DNA of 64,000 bases from Roseburia sp. (lineage in GTDB: Bacteria; Bacillota; Clostridia; Lachnospirales; Lachnospiraceae), in NCBI GenBank assembly GCA_026168605.1, contig JAPFDX010000034.1, positions 12,887 to 76,886 of the forward strand. Reading direction: 5' to 3'. A model generated the notes under the pieces. The model had not been told where the DNA came from and did not search any database. It was given only the letters and a program-made list of their open reading frames with translations. Both the position numbers and the translations under genes were made by a program. Shown here piece after piece: positions 49,673 through 60,110 of this stretch (the stretch's first letter is position 1; each line of letters starts with the position of its first letter).

Positions 49673-50951
49673 ACATCAAATCCATAAATGTCTGTCTGTT
49701 TAATTCTCCTGAAAGCACCTCCAAAATATGCTGCTCAAAAACGCTCCTCTGCTCATAAGTCCATAGATTTGTCGGAATCTCAATCTTACGCCCTGCATCC
49801 AGAACCGTCTGTGCAGCCTCATATAGCCGAAGCTCCTCCTGATGCTCCGTAATATTCACCTTAGGATTTGCCGGAATCTGCTTTGTTTCATGCAGAATCC
49901 GCTCCTGCACCTCCTCGCTCATCATGTATTTCAGAAACCGCACGCTCGCCTCCACACGCCGTTCGTCCTTCGTATTTCCAAGCATATAGCCAAGCCCCGC
50001 CGATTCACAGGAAAGCGTGTTCCCCTCTCCTGACGGCAGCAGCGCGTAGCCCGCGTCTATCCCCTCCGAGATCATATTCGCCGCCCATGTTCCGTTGACA
50101 TACATGGCAAGCTTTCCGCTGTTAAACAGATCCGTTGCGTCCCGATAGCTGTAATCACCTGTTTCTGATGAGGAATAGCGGTAAATCTGCTCCAATCCGT
50201 CCAGCAGTGCATCCATCTCGTCCTCAACGATCTCTATGTGATTTTCGCCAACCGCCTCCTGCATCTTCCCTCCGTTGACCGCCATCATATGATCCGCAAA
50301 ATACAGATACCCTTCCGGCGGAACGAAAAGCGGAACGACTCCGTTCTCCTCCTGCTTAGCCCAGACAGACAGCGTTTCACATACCGCCAAAAACTCCTCC
50401 CACGTCTGGGGAAGCTCCTCGATTCCCGCCTGCTTAAAGATCTCCTCATTATACCAATAGCCGCCGCTTAGCTGCAAAACATCTGAAATCGTGTAGAGTT
50501 TCCCGTCATCCGTCGTCCAGTATTCCAGATTGATCGGTGCAATGCTCTCACAAAATGCCGCATCCTCTTTTAAATACGGCATCAGATCAAGCGCCCGCTG
50601 GTTCTCAACCATAAAACGGTAAATGGAATCTCTCCCCGTTCCGCCCAAAAACACAACATCCGGCAGCTCCCCGACCATCAGCATATCCTCCACCTTTCGG
50701 ATCATTTCCTCATTCGTGGGCATTGAAACAAGCTTTAAGCTTATATCAGGATTCTCCTTCTGAAAATCGCTGTAAATCTGCCGCATTGCCACATGATCTG
50801 CCTCCGTGCTCCCCCAGCCGTGAATCACCATAAGCTCCACCGGATCGGACGTCTTTCCTCCGCAAGATGATAGGATGAGGGATGTAAAAAGCATTCCAAC
50901 AATGGCAAGCCTTCCAAGCGCATTTCTATGACCCTTACGTTTTCTTCTCAT
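49671..50951 (-). CDS. Solute-binding lipoprotein co-transcribed with the two-component system
   Basis: Start at MRRKRK (50951); lipobox LSSC; LPDVVF, YWYN, PQTWEEF. Confidence 0.82.
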   Translation of the reverse strand: MRRKRKGHRNALGRLAIVGMLFTSLILSSCGGKTSDPVELMVIHGWGSTEADHVAMRQIYSDFQKENPDISLKLVSMPTNEEMIRKVEDMLMVGELPDVVFLGGTGRDSIYRFMVENQRALDLMPYLKEDAAFCESIAPINLEYWTTDDGKLYTISDVLQLSGGYWYNEEIFKQAGIEELPQTWEEFLAVCETLSVWAKQEENGVVPLFVPPEGYLYFADHMMAVNGGKMQEAVGENHIEIVEDEMDALLDGLEQIYRYSSSETGDYSYRDATDLFNSGKLAMYVNGTWAANMISEGIDAGYALLPSGEGNTLSCESAGLGYMLGNTKDERRVEASVRFLKYMMSEEVQERILHETKQIPANPKVNITEHQEELRLYEAAQTVLDAGRKIEIPTNLWTYEQRSVFEQHILEVLSGELNRQTFMDLM

Positions 50952-51699
50952 GCGTATCCTTCCTCTGATTTCTGTACTCCTTTGGCGACATACCTGTATA
51001 TTTCTGAAACACCTTGGAAAAATATCCGGCGTCCTCAAATCCAACCTCCACTGCAATCTCATACAGCTTGCAGTCCGTATGCTCCATATATTCCTTCGCC
51101 TTCTCCACTCTCCTGTGCAAAATATCATCAAACAGATTCACCCCGCTGCGGCTCTTATAAAGTCTGCTCAGATAACTGCGGTTTGCGTGCAGATACTCCG
51201 CAATCTCATCCAACGTGATCTTCCTCAAATAGTTCTGCTCTACATAGTGCACCATCTGCCCATAAAGGCTGTCGGTATCCTCCCACCTCTCATCTCCTTG
51301 TCCGCCGCTTAGCTCCTTTCCCTGCCTTTCCAGATTTTCAATCGCTTTTTTAAGCGCCCGCGGCAGCTCCTCCAGCACAGAAACCTTCAGTACATAATCA
51401 CAGGCGCTATAGCGGAGCGCAGCCCTTGCATAATCAAAATCCGAATATGCGCTTAGAATGATCACCTGTGTCTCAGGACAACGCTCGTACACATATTTGC
51501 ATACCTCAAGACCGTCTGCTACGGGCATCCGTATATCAGTAATCACAATATCGGGAGCTCCCTCCTGCATCTGCCCGATCAGCTCCTTCCCATTGCCGAA
51601 CACGTCCAAAAGCTCACAGCCTAGACGATCCCACCGGATCAGCTCCCGAAGCGCCTCCTGCATATATGCCTCATCATCCGCTGCCAATACCTTATACAT
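50935..51699 (-). CDS. Response regulator (REC plus AraC HTH)
   Basis: AADDE, TDIRMP, YVLK, YFSKVF. Confidence 0.92.
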   Translation of the reverse strand: MYKVLAADDEAYMQEALRELIRWDRLGCELLDVFGNGKELIGQMQEGAPDIVITDIRMPVADGLEVCKYVYERCPETQVIILSAYSDFDYARAALRYSACDYVLKVSVLEELPRALKKAIENLERQGKELSGGQGDERWEDTDSLYGQMVHYVEQNYLRKITLDEIAEYLHANRSYLSRLYKSRSGVNLFDDILHRRVEKAKEYMEHTDCKLYEIAVEVGFEDAGYFSKVFQKYTGMSPKEYRNQRKDTHEKKT

Positions 51700-53431
51700 C
51701 TCCCTCACTCCTCTCAATCGGCAAAAGAATCTCCACGCGTGTTCCCACGCCCTTTCTGCCCTGTATTTTCATCTCATAGGCATCCTTGTACAATATGTGC
51801 AGCAAACGCTCCGTATTGACAAGACCCATATGCGTGTGGAAGCTGCCGTCCGTCTCCTCTTTTGCATCCCTTCGCATCCTTGCCGCTTCCTCCTCGTCAA
51901 AGCCGACGCCGTCGTCCTCCACAACGATCAGAAGGCGTTCTCCCACCTCCCTGACCTCCACAAGGATCCTGCCGTCCGTCTCCTTTGGCTCTAAGCCATG
52001 CGACACTGCATTTTCCACCAGAGGCTCAATCAAAAGCTTCGGAACAAGATCATCCTTCACCGCTTCGCTTCCATAACGGATTTCATAGGTAATCTTTTGC
52101 GCATAGCGGCTGTTTTGCAGGAAAAGATAAAAATCAACGATCTCCAGCTCCTCCCGCAGCGGAATCTTGATCCTTTTTTCCCGGAATATCTTTCCCTGCA
52201 TCAGCTTTGAGAACGCATGCAGTCCCTGATATACCTCCTCGCAGCCGGCAAGCTTTGCCCTTAATCCAAGCATCGCAAGAATGTTAAATTGAAAATGCGG
52301 GTTCATCTGCGACTGCAGATAACGCACCTGCGACTGACTGGCAAGCAGTTCCTTCTCATAAACCTGTGTGATCAGATACTGAATGCGCTCCGTCATCTCG
52401 TTAAACACCATACTGATCTCATGAAATTCCTCAATGGAAAAGTCATCCATGCGCGCATTCAGGTTCTCCTGACCAAACGCCGCAATGCCCTCCGCAACCT
52501 GCTTTAAGGGCTTGGTAAACCGATAGCTGGCACCCAAAACTACCGGCGCCACAAATACGACGCCAAGGATCAGGACAGTGACAAACACAAAAATCGTCTG
52601 CCTTAATCCATCATATACATTGCTTATGCTGACTGCAACAGACGAACGCAGCCCAAACCCTCCCGTCTGTACGCTTAAAAGCTGCTGCTTTCCGCCAATC
52701 TCCATTTTTCCAAGATATTCTGTTCTTGGCATTTCCTGCCACAAATCCCCGCTTTCCTGCGCGGAGGATAAAAGCTCTCCCTCCTCATCAAACACCGCCC
52801 ACTTCGCGCCCTCATATTCAAACAGCTCCTCAAACAAGCACTCCACTGCTTCCTCATTGATGACGACAATGCAGACTCCCATCTGCCGCATCTGATCATT
52901 GTATATCCGAAGACAGAGGTTTAATTTATCTTTCTCCGAAACAAACCGGTACTGCCTGCTGCTCTCCTTAAATTCTAAAAACATCTGCTGATACCATGCA
53001 TCCATCACCATCCCATTTCGCACGGTGATCGGATAATAATGCTCCTTGATAAACTGATCCCTGTTATTAAACAGATACACGCTCTCAATAAAGGGGCGGC
53101 TCTGCATGATCAGATTTCGTTCCGAGAACAGATCCATGCTGTAATGGAGCTGCTTTTCCATCTCATCTTCCTTATAGCTGTTCTTCTCAAAAAAATCGCG
53201 CAGCACAAGGCTTTGGCGCAATGCGATCGCTCCGTCCTGTACAAACTGCACCTTATTCTGAAACTGCCCGTTTGTCGTTGTCAGAATATATTCCATATCC
53301 TCCTTCGCCTTCTCGGAGGAATAATACAAAAATGTGACTAACAGCGCCATTCCAAGCAGGAGCATCGCGCACACCGACGTCATCGTCATCCATATCGTAA
53401 TCTCTGTACTAAGCTTTCGTCTCTTACCCAT
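51692..53431 (-). CDS. YesM-like sensor histidine kinase
   Basis: LQSQMNPHF, EPLVENAVSHG, EDDGVG, HMGLVN. Confidence 0.9.
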   Translation of the reverse strand: MGKRRKLSTEITIWMTMTSVCAMLLLGMALLVTFLYYSSEKAKEDMEYILTTTNGQFQNKVQFVQDGAIALRQSLVLRDFFEKNSYKEDEMEKQLHYSMDLFSERNLIMQSRPFIESVYLFNNRDQFIKEHYYPITVRNGMVMDAWYQQMFLEFKESSRQYRFVSEKDKLNLCLRIYNDQMRQMGVCIVVINEEAVECLFEELFEYEGAKWAVFDEEGELLSSAQESGDLWQEMPRTEYLGKMEIGGKQQLLSVQTGGFGLRSSVAVSISNVYDGLRQTIFVFVTVLILGVVFVAPVVLGASYRFTKPLKQVAEGIAAFGQENLNARMDDFSIEEFHEISMVFNEMTERIQYLITQVYEKELLASQSQVRYLQSQMNPHFQFNILAMLGLRAKLAGCEEVYQGLHAFSKLMQGKIFREKRIKIPLREELEIVDFYLFLQNSRYAQKITYEIRYGSEAVKDDLVPKLLIEPLVENAVSHGLEPKETDGRILVEVREVGERLLIVVEDDGVGFDEEEAARMRRDAKEETDGSFHTHMGLVNTERLLHILYKDAYEMKIQGRKGVGTRVEILLPIERSEGDV

Positions 53432-53503
53432 GCGCCCTGCCTTTTCTCCGTAAAACTACAGTCATTTTAACACGGAATGTTCAAAAATACAATGAAAATA
53501 CAT

Positions 53504-55408
53504 CTATGGAATGCTCTCCGACAGACAGAGTGTGCCCCAGCCAAGCTGCGGGTTCGGCCACTGCGCGGTCTCCTGCGTGCTGCCCGCCGGCGTCACGTTT
53601 CTCCGCGCGCCGCGGATCAGATACGCCTTTAGTTTTTCGCCGTAAAGGTAGACGTCGTTGCCACGGATGATGCCCCACTCCATCAGAAGCGCCGCACCGC
53701 CCGTCACAAACGGCGTTGCCATAGACGTTCCGGTGCGCGCCGCATAGCCCCCGCCCGGCGCGCACGAGGTGATCTCCACCCCCGGCGCGACAATATCCGG
53801 CTTCACCTGGTTCGTCTCCCTGGTATACCCCCTGCCGGAAAACGATACCGGCTGCAAAAATCCTGCATCGTATGCCCCGACCGAGACAACCTTTGCCGCC
53901 GTGGACGGGATCGTCAGCGTCGTCTCGGCAACCGGACGGAAAAATCCCGTCCCGGCATTTAACACTCCCCCTGCGGGAAGCCACATATCATAGCGCCCCG
54001 TCACGATATTCTGCGGTATCAGCCTGATCGCCCAGACGCCCGCATCCATATAATCCGTGACCGGAAGAAATTCAAAAAAGATCTCCTGATACGGGCTGTA
54101 CGGGCTTGGCTCTCCGTAGTACAAAAGGATTTCGGTGTTTTCGACCACAAAACGCTGCGTTCCCTGTATACGGGAAATGGGACCTGTCACGGTACCGTTT
54201 GGATGCACCACCGCGACTGTCATCTCATCCGCATAGGACTTCCAGATCTGTAAGTTCAACGCCGTCTCGTAGGGGCTTACCGCAAACTCCTCCTCCGCCG
54301 TCTGCCCCATCGCAACCGTTCCCGCTGTGTGGACGGCTGCCGCCCCCTCATTTCCCGTTCCGATGACAATACTGCTGCGCCAGCGGTTTGCCATATCGTC
54401 CAGATAGGTCTCGATCAGGGAGGTGCCGGAATGACTGCCATAATTATTTCCAAAACTCAGATTGACCGCCAGCGATCTGCCGTATTCCTCCGCCTTCCGG
54501 AAACAGTAATCCACCGCCTGCATCAGCTCCGTTGTGCGCGGAAAACCGCCCGCCTGCGGCGTGCCAAGCTTTACGGCCAAAATCCTGCTCCCAAACGCCA
54601 CGCCCCGGTATCTGCCCTCTGACGCTCTCCCGTTTCCCGCCGCGATCCCAGCGACGTGCGTCCCGTGACCCGAGACATCGCGGCTGGGACAGACCGCAAA
54701 CCGCTCACGCTCCGTGGGCTGCGCCAGCGCCTCATTGATCGTCTCCATCGAAAACTCCGTGCCGAGAGAAAATCCCCCGGGCGCAGAAAGAAACTCCTCC
54801 GCCCCCGGCGCTTCCCCTGGCTGCCCAGGCGCCTGCACCCGCGCCACTGTGCCGGAGGGGATCGTCTGGTCCCACAGACTTAAAATGCGGGTCGTTCCGT
54901 CTGCATTGCGAAAATCCGGATGCGCGTAGTCGATGCCGGAATCGATAACCGCCACGATACAGCCCGCACCCGTCAGATCATCCCTCCTGCGGTCTAAATT
55001 TCCCGGCGCCGCCACAGAAGGCTCCCGCCCGCCAAACGCCGCGCCCGTCTGCAGCGGTGTGATGCAGGACGCGCGTCTCCCTCTGTCAACGGCAAAAAAC
55101 AGACTTTTCGGTTTCTCCATGTACTCGATCTCTGTAAGCGACGCCACCGCCGACACGATCGATTCCGGCAGAAGTAAAATGGCGTACTCATTCTGCAGGT
55201 TTGTGATCCGTATCCGTGGGTATTCCTCCGCAAAATGTTCCCGCAGCAGCGCAGAAAGCTGCTCCGTCGTTCCCCCGTACTTTACGATGACCTCCCAGGT
55301 GCGCTCCTCCCTATTGTAGCCCACGTCAAGCTCCAGTGATTTCTCCCGCTCACGCTCCGTCGCATCCAACGCCAGATTCAGCAGGTTCTCCATTTTTTCA
55401 TTATTCAT
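53504..55408 (-). CDS. S8 subtilisin-like serine protease (clostridial Csp-like), intact triad
   Basis: VIDSGID, GHGTHVAG, GTSMATP; start at MNNEK (55408). Confidence 0.88.
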   Translation of the reverse strand: MNNEKMENLLNLALDATEREREKSLELDVGYNREERTWEVIVKYGGTTEQLSALLREHFAEEYPRIRITNLQNEYAILLLPESIVSAVASLTEIEYMEKPKSLFFAVDRGRRASCITPLQTGAAFGGREPSVAAPGNLDRRRDDLTGAGCIVAVIDSGIDYAHPDFRNADGTTRILSLWDQTIPSGTVARVQAPGQPGEAPGAEEFLSAPGGFSLGTEFSMETINEALAQPTERERFAVCPSRDVSGHGTHVAGIAAGNGRASEGRYRGVAFGSRILAVKLGTPQAGGFPRTTELMQAVDYCFRKAEEYGRSLAVNLSFGNNYGSHSGTSLIETYLDDMANRWRSSIVIGTGNEGAAAVHTAGTVAMGQTAEEEFAVSPYETALNLQIWKSYADEMTVAVVHPNGTVTGPISRIQGTQRFVVENTEILLYYGEPSPYSPYQEIFFEFLPVTDYMDAGVWAIRLIPQNIVTGRYDMWLPAGGVLNAGTGFFRPVAETTLTIPSTAAKVVSVGAYDAGFLQPVSFSGRGYTRETNQVKPDIVAPGVEITSCAPGGGYAARTGTSMATPFVTGGAALLMEWGIIRGNDVYLYGEKLKAYLIRGARRNVTPAGSTQETAQWPNPQLGWGTLCLSESIP

Positions 55409-55472
55409 CCGCAGCCCATTCCAAAAGACACATTTTTTTATCCTATGCGGCAGGATGCCGCCGCGCACAAAA

Positions 55473-55501
55473 ACATTTCTTCCGGCTTTTTTGCATATAC
55501 T
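55473..55501 (+). promoter_or_regulatory. Possible sigma-E type promoter for the asparagine synthetase
   Basis: ACATTT-N15-CATATACT; Bacillus asnO is sigE-dependent. Confidence 0.35.
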
Positions 55502-55531
55502 GCTTATAGCTTGAAAAGGAGTATATCATTT

Positions 55532-57379
55532 ATGTGTGGAATTTCCGGTTTTTGTAATTTCGATCAGGATTATCGTGAAAAAAAATCCTTCTGGGAAAAT
55601 CATCTGACCCTGATGCAGCAGACGCTCGCACACCGCGGCGACGACGGCGCCAAGCCCTGTCTGTTTGCACACGCAGGACTCTCCCATGCCCATCCCGTCA
55701 GCCGCGATGCGAAAGGCAGCGCACAGCCCACGATGCGCAGGCAGGATCCAGACGCCTGTGCCGTCGCCTGCAACGGCAAAATCTATAATGCCGACGAGCT
55801 CATTCCTGAATTGACGCGCGCGGGCTACGTCTTTCGGACCTCCTCCGACACCGAGGTGATCCTCTATGCCTATCTGCACTACGGCGCAGATTTCGTCTCC
55901 CGTTTAAACGGCGTATTTGCCCTCGCCATCTGGGATGAGGAAAAGGAAACACTTTTTCTCTACCGCGACCGCGCCGGCAGCAAGCCGCTTTTCTATGCGG
56001 TCAAAGACGGCACGCTGCTCTTTGGCTCTGAGCCGAAGGCGCTTTTTGCATATCCCGGCTTCTCCCCTGCCATCACGGCTGACAGCCTGCGCGAAATCCT
56101 CGCACTCGGTCCGGCGCGCACGCCCGGCTGCGGTGTTTTTAAGGACGTCTCTGAGGTGCTCCCCGGCCACTATCTGACCTTTACAAGGGACGGGATCCGC
56201 CAGCATCTCTACTGGGATCTGACCAGCAGGCCGCACACTGATTCCTACGCCGATACCGTGGAAAAGGTGAGCTTTCTCGTGCGCGACGCCATCCGCAGGC
56301 AGATGATTTCCGATGTCCCGGTCTGCTCTTTTCTCTCCGGGGGCATCGACTCCTCCATTGTGACGGCTGTCGCAGCCGCCCGGCTGCGCGAACACGGTGA
56401 GACACTTCACACCTTTTCCTTTGATTTCACGGAAAATGAAAAATATTTCCAGTCCAATGCCTTCCAGCCGGAGCGTGATCTTCCCTATGTCAGGCTCATG
56501 TCAGAGTATCTGCACACAGACCACACCTGCCTCGAATGTGATCCCGCGACGCTTGCGGATGCACTCTCTGCCGCCGTGGACGCAAAGGATCTGCCCGGCA
56601 TGACCGATGTGGACGCCTCCCTGCTCTACTTCTGCTCGCTCGTCGCAAAGCAGAACAAGGTGGCGCTGACCGGGGAATGTGCAGACGAAATTTTCGGCGG
56701 CTATCCGTGGTTCTACCGCAGGGAGCTCTTAGAGCGCGACGGTTTCCCGTGGGCTGCCGATATGGACGCGCGCACGGTTTTCCTGAATGAGGATCTCTGC
56801 GCCTCCCTAAATCTCGCCGAATACGCGCATACACGCTATGAGGAAACCCTCTCTCGCGTGCCGCTCCTCGACGGGGAGACCGGAGAGACAAAAAGACGCC
56901 GCCAGGTCGCCTATTTGAATATCAAATGGTTTATGCAGACACTGCTTGACCGCATGGACCGCGACGGTATGTACTCCGGTCTGGAGGGGCGCGTGCCCTT
57001 CGCGGATCACCGTATTATGGAATATGTGTTTAACGTACCGTGGGAAATGAAATACCAGAACGGTGTGGAAAAGGCGCTGTTGCGCGACGCCTGTGCCGAC
57101 CTGCTTCCGCCGGAGCTGCTCCACCGGAAAAAGAGCCCTTACCCGAAAACCTACCATCCGGCGTACGAAAAACGTCTCGCCGAACGCCTTACGGCGCTTG
57201 TATCCGATCCAAACGCCCCGATTGCTCCGCTGATCGACAGGAAAAAGGCGCTCGCCTTTATCGTCTCCCACAAGGAGCTCGGCAGACCGTGGTTCGGACA
57301 GCTCATGGCAGGACCGCAACTCATGGCATATTTTATCCAGATCAACGACTGGATGAAAAAATATCACCTGACCGTATAA
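55532..57379 (+). CDS. asnB: Asparagine synthase (glutamine-hydrolysing), AsnO-like
   Basis: MCGI N-terminus (ATG 55532 behind AAGGAG), LSGGIDSS, DLPGMTDVDASL, GECADEIFGGY, EGRVPFADHR, RKKSPYP. Confidence 0.9.
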   Translation: MCGISGFCNFDQDYREKKSFWENHLTLMQQTLAHRGDDGAKPCLFAHAGLSHAHPVSRDAKGSAQPTMRRQDPDACAVACNGKIYNADELIPELTRAGYVFRTSSDTEVILYAYLHYGADFVSRLNGVFALAIWDEEKETLFLYRDRAGSKPLFYAVKDGTLLFGSEPKALFAYPGFSPAITADSLREILALGPARTPGCGVFKDVSEVLPGHYLTFTRDGIRQHLYWDLTSRPHTDSYADTVEKVSFLVRDAIRRQMISDVPVCSFLSGGIDSSIVTAVAAARLREHGETLHTFSFDFTENEKYFQSNAFQPERDLPYVRLMSEYLHTDHTCLECDPATLADALSAAVDAKDLPGMTDVDASLLYFCSLVAKQNKVALTGECADEIFGGYPWFYRRELLERDGFPWAADMDARTVFLNEDLCASLNLAEYAHTRYEETLSRVPLLDGETGETKRRRQVAYLNIKWFMQTLLDRMDRDGMYSGLEGRVPFADHRIMEYVFNVPWEMKYQNGVEKALLRDACADLLPPELLHRKKSPYPKTYHPAYEKRLAERLTALVSDPNAPIAPLIDRKKALAFIVSHKELGRPWFGQLMAGPQLMAYFIQINDWMKKYHLTV

Positions 57380-57394
57380 CCGGACGCCAGACGA

Positions 57395-57433
57395 CGGAAG
57401 CCGGGAAACGTTCTTACTCGTTCCCGGTTTCCG
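57395..57433. terminator. Stem-loop at the asnB / PAP2 convergence
   Basis: cggaagccgggaaacg-ttcttact-cgttcccggtttccg. Confidence 0.55.
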
Positions 57434-57995
57434 CCGTACTTTGATCCGCTCTTGTCTTTGTCGCTCCTTTGACCGCACCGCAGAGTTTCCAGGCAAGAAG
57501 CGCACAGAGCGTTCCCACGACTGCGCCGCCGAGCACGTCCGTCGGGAAATGAACCCCCACATACAGACGCGAGAACGAGATCAAAACGGCGAGCGTCATC
57601 GCCGCGATCCCCGCCTTTTTCGAACACATCAGCAAAATGACCACCGCCGCCGCAAACGAACACGCCGTATGACCGGACGGAAATGAAAAATCGCCCGGCG
57701 CCTCAATGATCCTATGTAAGCCCTCGACAACTTCATACGGTCTCGTGCGCGCCAGAAGATTTTTTAAGACAAGGTTCGTGGCGAGCAGATTAAAGATCAT
57801 GGAGACTGCCATCACAAGCCCGGTGCGCCTCTCTTTTGGCAAAAGCAGCATCACAAACGCACACGCAATCCATATCCAGCCGCTGTCGCCCAGATGCGTG
57901 ATAAATTTCATCAGCGGGGTCAAAAAATCGCTGCGCAGATATTCCTGGATCCACAACAGTATCGGTCCTTCTATTTGTATCAGTAATTCTTCCAT
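57414..57995 (-). CDS. PAP2 family phosphatase
   Basis: K....RTRP, SFPSGH, SRLYVGVHFPTDV. Confidence 0.92.
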   Translation of the reverse strand: MEELLIQIEGPILLWIQEYLRSDFLTPLMKFITHLGDSGWIWIACAFVMLLLPKERRTGLVMAVSMIFNLLATNLVLKNLLARTRPYEVVEGLHRIIEAPGDFSFPSGHTACSFAAAVVILLMCSKKAGIAAMTLAVLISFSRLYVGVHFPTDVLGGAVVGTLCALLAWKLCGAVKGATKTRADQSTAETGNE

Positions 57996-58034
57996 TCTTT
58001 TTTCCTCCTACTCTCCTTTGATCCGGTGGTTTCA

Positions 58035-58970
58035 TCATCTCCAGCCGTTTTCGGTAATGGATGCTCCCGTTTCCGAAGATACGGGAACACGCAGATATGC
58101 GTCGGAAAACACACTTCCGTCCCGCGATTCATAGAAAACGTACTCCTCACTGACCGCCTCCATCTCTCCCGTCTCGCTGTTTCGCCGGTCAAGCCTTTCG
58201 TACATCACGATCGTATATTCTGCATCTGTCTGTACCCCTGCCTCGGAGCAATACGCCAGAATCTGCTCCTCCTCCAAGTGTACTTCATCCTCCGTCAGCT
58301 CCTCGACCATAGTAAGGCTTCCGTCGATATATTCATATGTCTTATAATAATGTGTACAACATCCACCTCTCTCCATTCCATAGATCTGCTTTTTCTCCTG
58401 ATCAAAGTGCCCCAAAATAAGCGCGCTCAGTTCCGGGGAATATTCAAACTGATGCGTCTTTGGATTCCAGATCAGATAGACATAATCAATGGCATAAGTT
58501 CCATCCGGCATATCATACTGGCGAATATCCAAATATCCGTCAAAGTTCACATCCACCAGCGAAAATCCTAAGGTATCCCCTCTCGAATCAGGAATCATTG
58601 TCACACCGTTATCCCTCACATCCTGAATGACGATATTTTGTATTTCCCTTCCATTTTCCGTCACCCGGATGGTCTCCACATGGTAATCTGTGGAAGACTT
58701 GTCCCGCCATGCGTCTATGGTAAAAGTAAATTCCGGCAAATCCTCCCCTATTTTTGACTGAAAAACCAGCGTAAGGTCTAAAGCTGTTTTTTCTATCGGC
58801 TTTCCGACCGGCGCAGACAGCAGTTTGCTGTTTTCCGAAACTTCGGTTTCTTCCACCGGACGTTCCGCAGAACTCACGGTCTCCGTTACATCAACGCTTC
58901 CGGTTTCACTGCCCCCGCACCCGGACAGAAGCAGCGTCACCGCCAGAAGCAACGCAATGATCCACTTCAT
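58035..58970 (-). CDS. Lipoprotein of unknown function
   Basis: Lipobox LLSGC; LVDVNFDGYLDI and WNP..HQF motifs. Confidence 0.75.
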   Translation of the reverse strand: MKWIIALLLAVTLLLSGCGGSETGSVDVTETVSSAERPVEETEVSENSKLLSAPVGKPIEKTALDLTLVFQSKIGEDLPEFTFTIDAWRDKSSTDYHVETIRVTENGREIQNIVIQDVRDNGVTMIPDSRGDTLGFSLVDVNFDGYLDIRQYDMPDGTYAIDYVYLIWNPKTHQFEYSPELSALILGHFDQEKKQIYGMERGGCCTHYYKTYEYIDGSLTMVEELTEDEVHLEEEQILAYCSEAGVQTDAEYTIVMYERLDRRNSETGEMEAVSEEYVFYESRDGSVFSDAYLRVPVSSETGASITENGWR

Positions 58971-59095
58971 ATTTCACCCCATTCCAACCTTATCATTCAT
59001 AAGTATGTTTTACATATATCCTATCCATAAGTGAAAAATCTTCAATTTCCATCTTGTTTCAAACTTTTCTAACATAACAAACACTACCTGCCCTA

Positions 59096-59140
59096 TTCCG
59101 ATTTTTTGCCTGGTTCAACTTCTCGTTAAATGGGAAGTTA
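59096..59140 (-). repeat. Cassette-junction repeat copy 1
   Basis: Minus strand TAACTTCCCATTTAACGAGAAGTTGAACCAGGCAAAAAATCGGAA; the first TAA is the stop of 59138-59488. Confidence 0.85.
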
Positions 59141-59488
59141 TTCAGTCCACTTATCGCCGTTACACCGGCTGATGAAGTCGTAATGTAAACTCTCAAAGTA
59201 ATCGTTTGGATAAGCTTCGCCGTCCTGCTGCAATTCCAGCCCTTGTAAATCCATCATTTCATTGATATATGCAAGGGTATCGTGGATGCCTGCGATATAT
59301 TCTTCCTGGAGTATCTCCGCCAACACTTCTCTCTGCTCAGAGGTCAATACGGCAACAAGTTCATTTTTTATCTTATTGTCATCGATCGGTGGAAAGCCAT
59401 CCCCTTTCACCCACCGGGCGGTCACGCTGTTTTTCCGCTCCACAAGACCGTCAATAAACGCCTTATATAATTCTAAGCCCTTGTCCAT
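59138..59488 (-). CDS. Small acidic protein, immunity-protein-like (DUF6547-like by recall)
   Basis: MDKGLELYKAFIDGLVE..GIHDTLAYI..LHYDFISR; RBS GGAAGGG. Confidence 0.6.
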   Translation of the reverse strand: MDKGLELYKAFIDGLVERKNSVTARWVKGDGFPPIDDNKIKNELVAVLTSEQREVLAEILQEEYIAGIHDTLAYINEMMDLQGLELQQDGEAYPNDYFESLHYDFISRCNGDKWTE

Positions 59489-59503
59489 AGTTATTCCCTT
59501 CCA

Positions 59504-59550
59504 CAACTTCTGATTTTACTTTGTTCAACTCCCTGATAAATGGGAAGTTA
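59504..59550 (-). repeat. Cassette-junction repeat copy 2
   Basis: Minus strand TAACTTCCCATTTATCAGGGAGTTGAACAAAGTAAAATCAGAAGTTG, then RBS and ATG 59488. Confidence 0.85.
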
Positions 59551-59595
59551 TCGCTTTGTTCCTATTTAAATTACATTCGATACATAAGAATGGAA

Positions 59596-60033
59596 CTATT
59601 CAAGCATTTTAAACATTCTGCATTCACCAATCAGACAATCTAGCATATCTTCTACGCCAACTCCACACTGTACACAACATCCATTTGTAAAACAATAAAA
59701 TTCATTCGTGATGGTCATCACTAAAAACAGCTCATTTCTGCAACACTTTCCCAACGGATAAGTTGTTGTATTGATTTCATACTCATCTAACAAATTTTCA
59801 AAATATTCAGCATCTAAATTTATTCCGATAGCCCTTAATGGATTGAAATTGACATCTCTAAACAATTTCAAATTCTCAATATGAAGCGATCCAAATTCTT
59901 CAAGAAAAGCTTCTACATTTGCTGGCATTTCCAATCCAATTTCTCTATATCTCTTTTTGAAAGCAGAAATATCAATTTTACGTCCACGTTTCCATCCAGC
60001 CGCCTTTAGCCTCTGTAAGGTAGTAATTTTCAT
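59596..60033 (-). CDS. SUKH-3 family immunity protein
   Basis: LKAAGWKRGRKIDI, FLEEFGSL, FNP, YPLG motifs. Confidence 0.8.
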   Translation of the reverse strand: MKITTLQRLKAAGWKRGRKIDISAFKKRYREIGLEMPANVEAFLEEFGSLHIENLKLFRDVNFNPLRAIGINLDAEYFENLLDEYEINTTTYPLGKCCRNELFLVMTITNEFYCFTNGCCVQCGVGVEDMLDCLIGECRMFKMLE

Positions 60034-60050
60034 ACAACCGTTTTCCTCCT

Positions 60051-60097
60051 ATAACTTCCGATTTTTTGTTCCATTCAACTCCCCGATCAATGGGAAG
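60051..60097 (-). repeat. Cassette-junction repeat copy 3
   Basis: Minus strand CTTCCCATTGATCGGGGAGTTGAATGGAACAAAAAATCGGAAGTTAT, then AGGAGG and ATG 60033. Confidence 0.85.
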
Positions 60098-60110
60098 CTG
60101 CGAAAACCAT

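Noticed and set aside
16186-53504. Fucose cluster as a discrete integrated mobile element
   Set aside because: No integrase, transposase, tRNA target or flanking direct repeats seen at either boundary.
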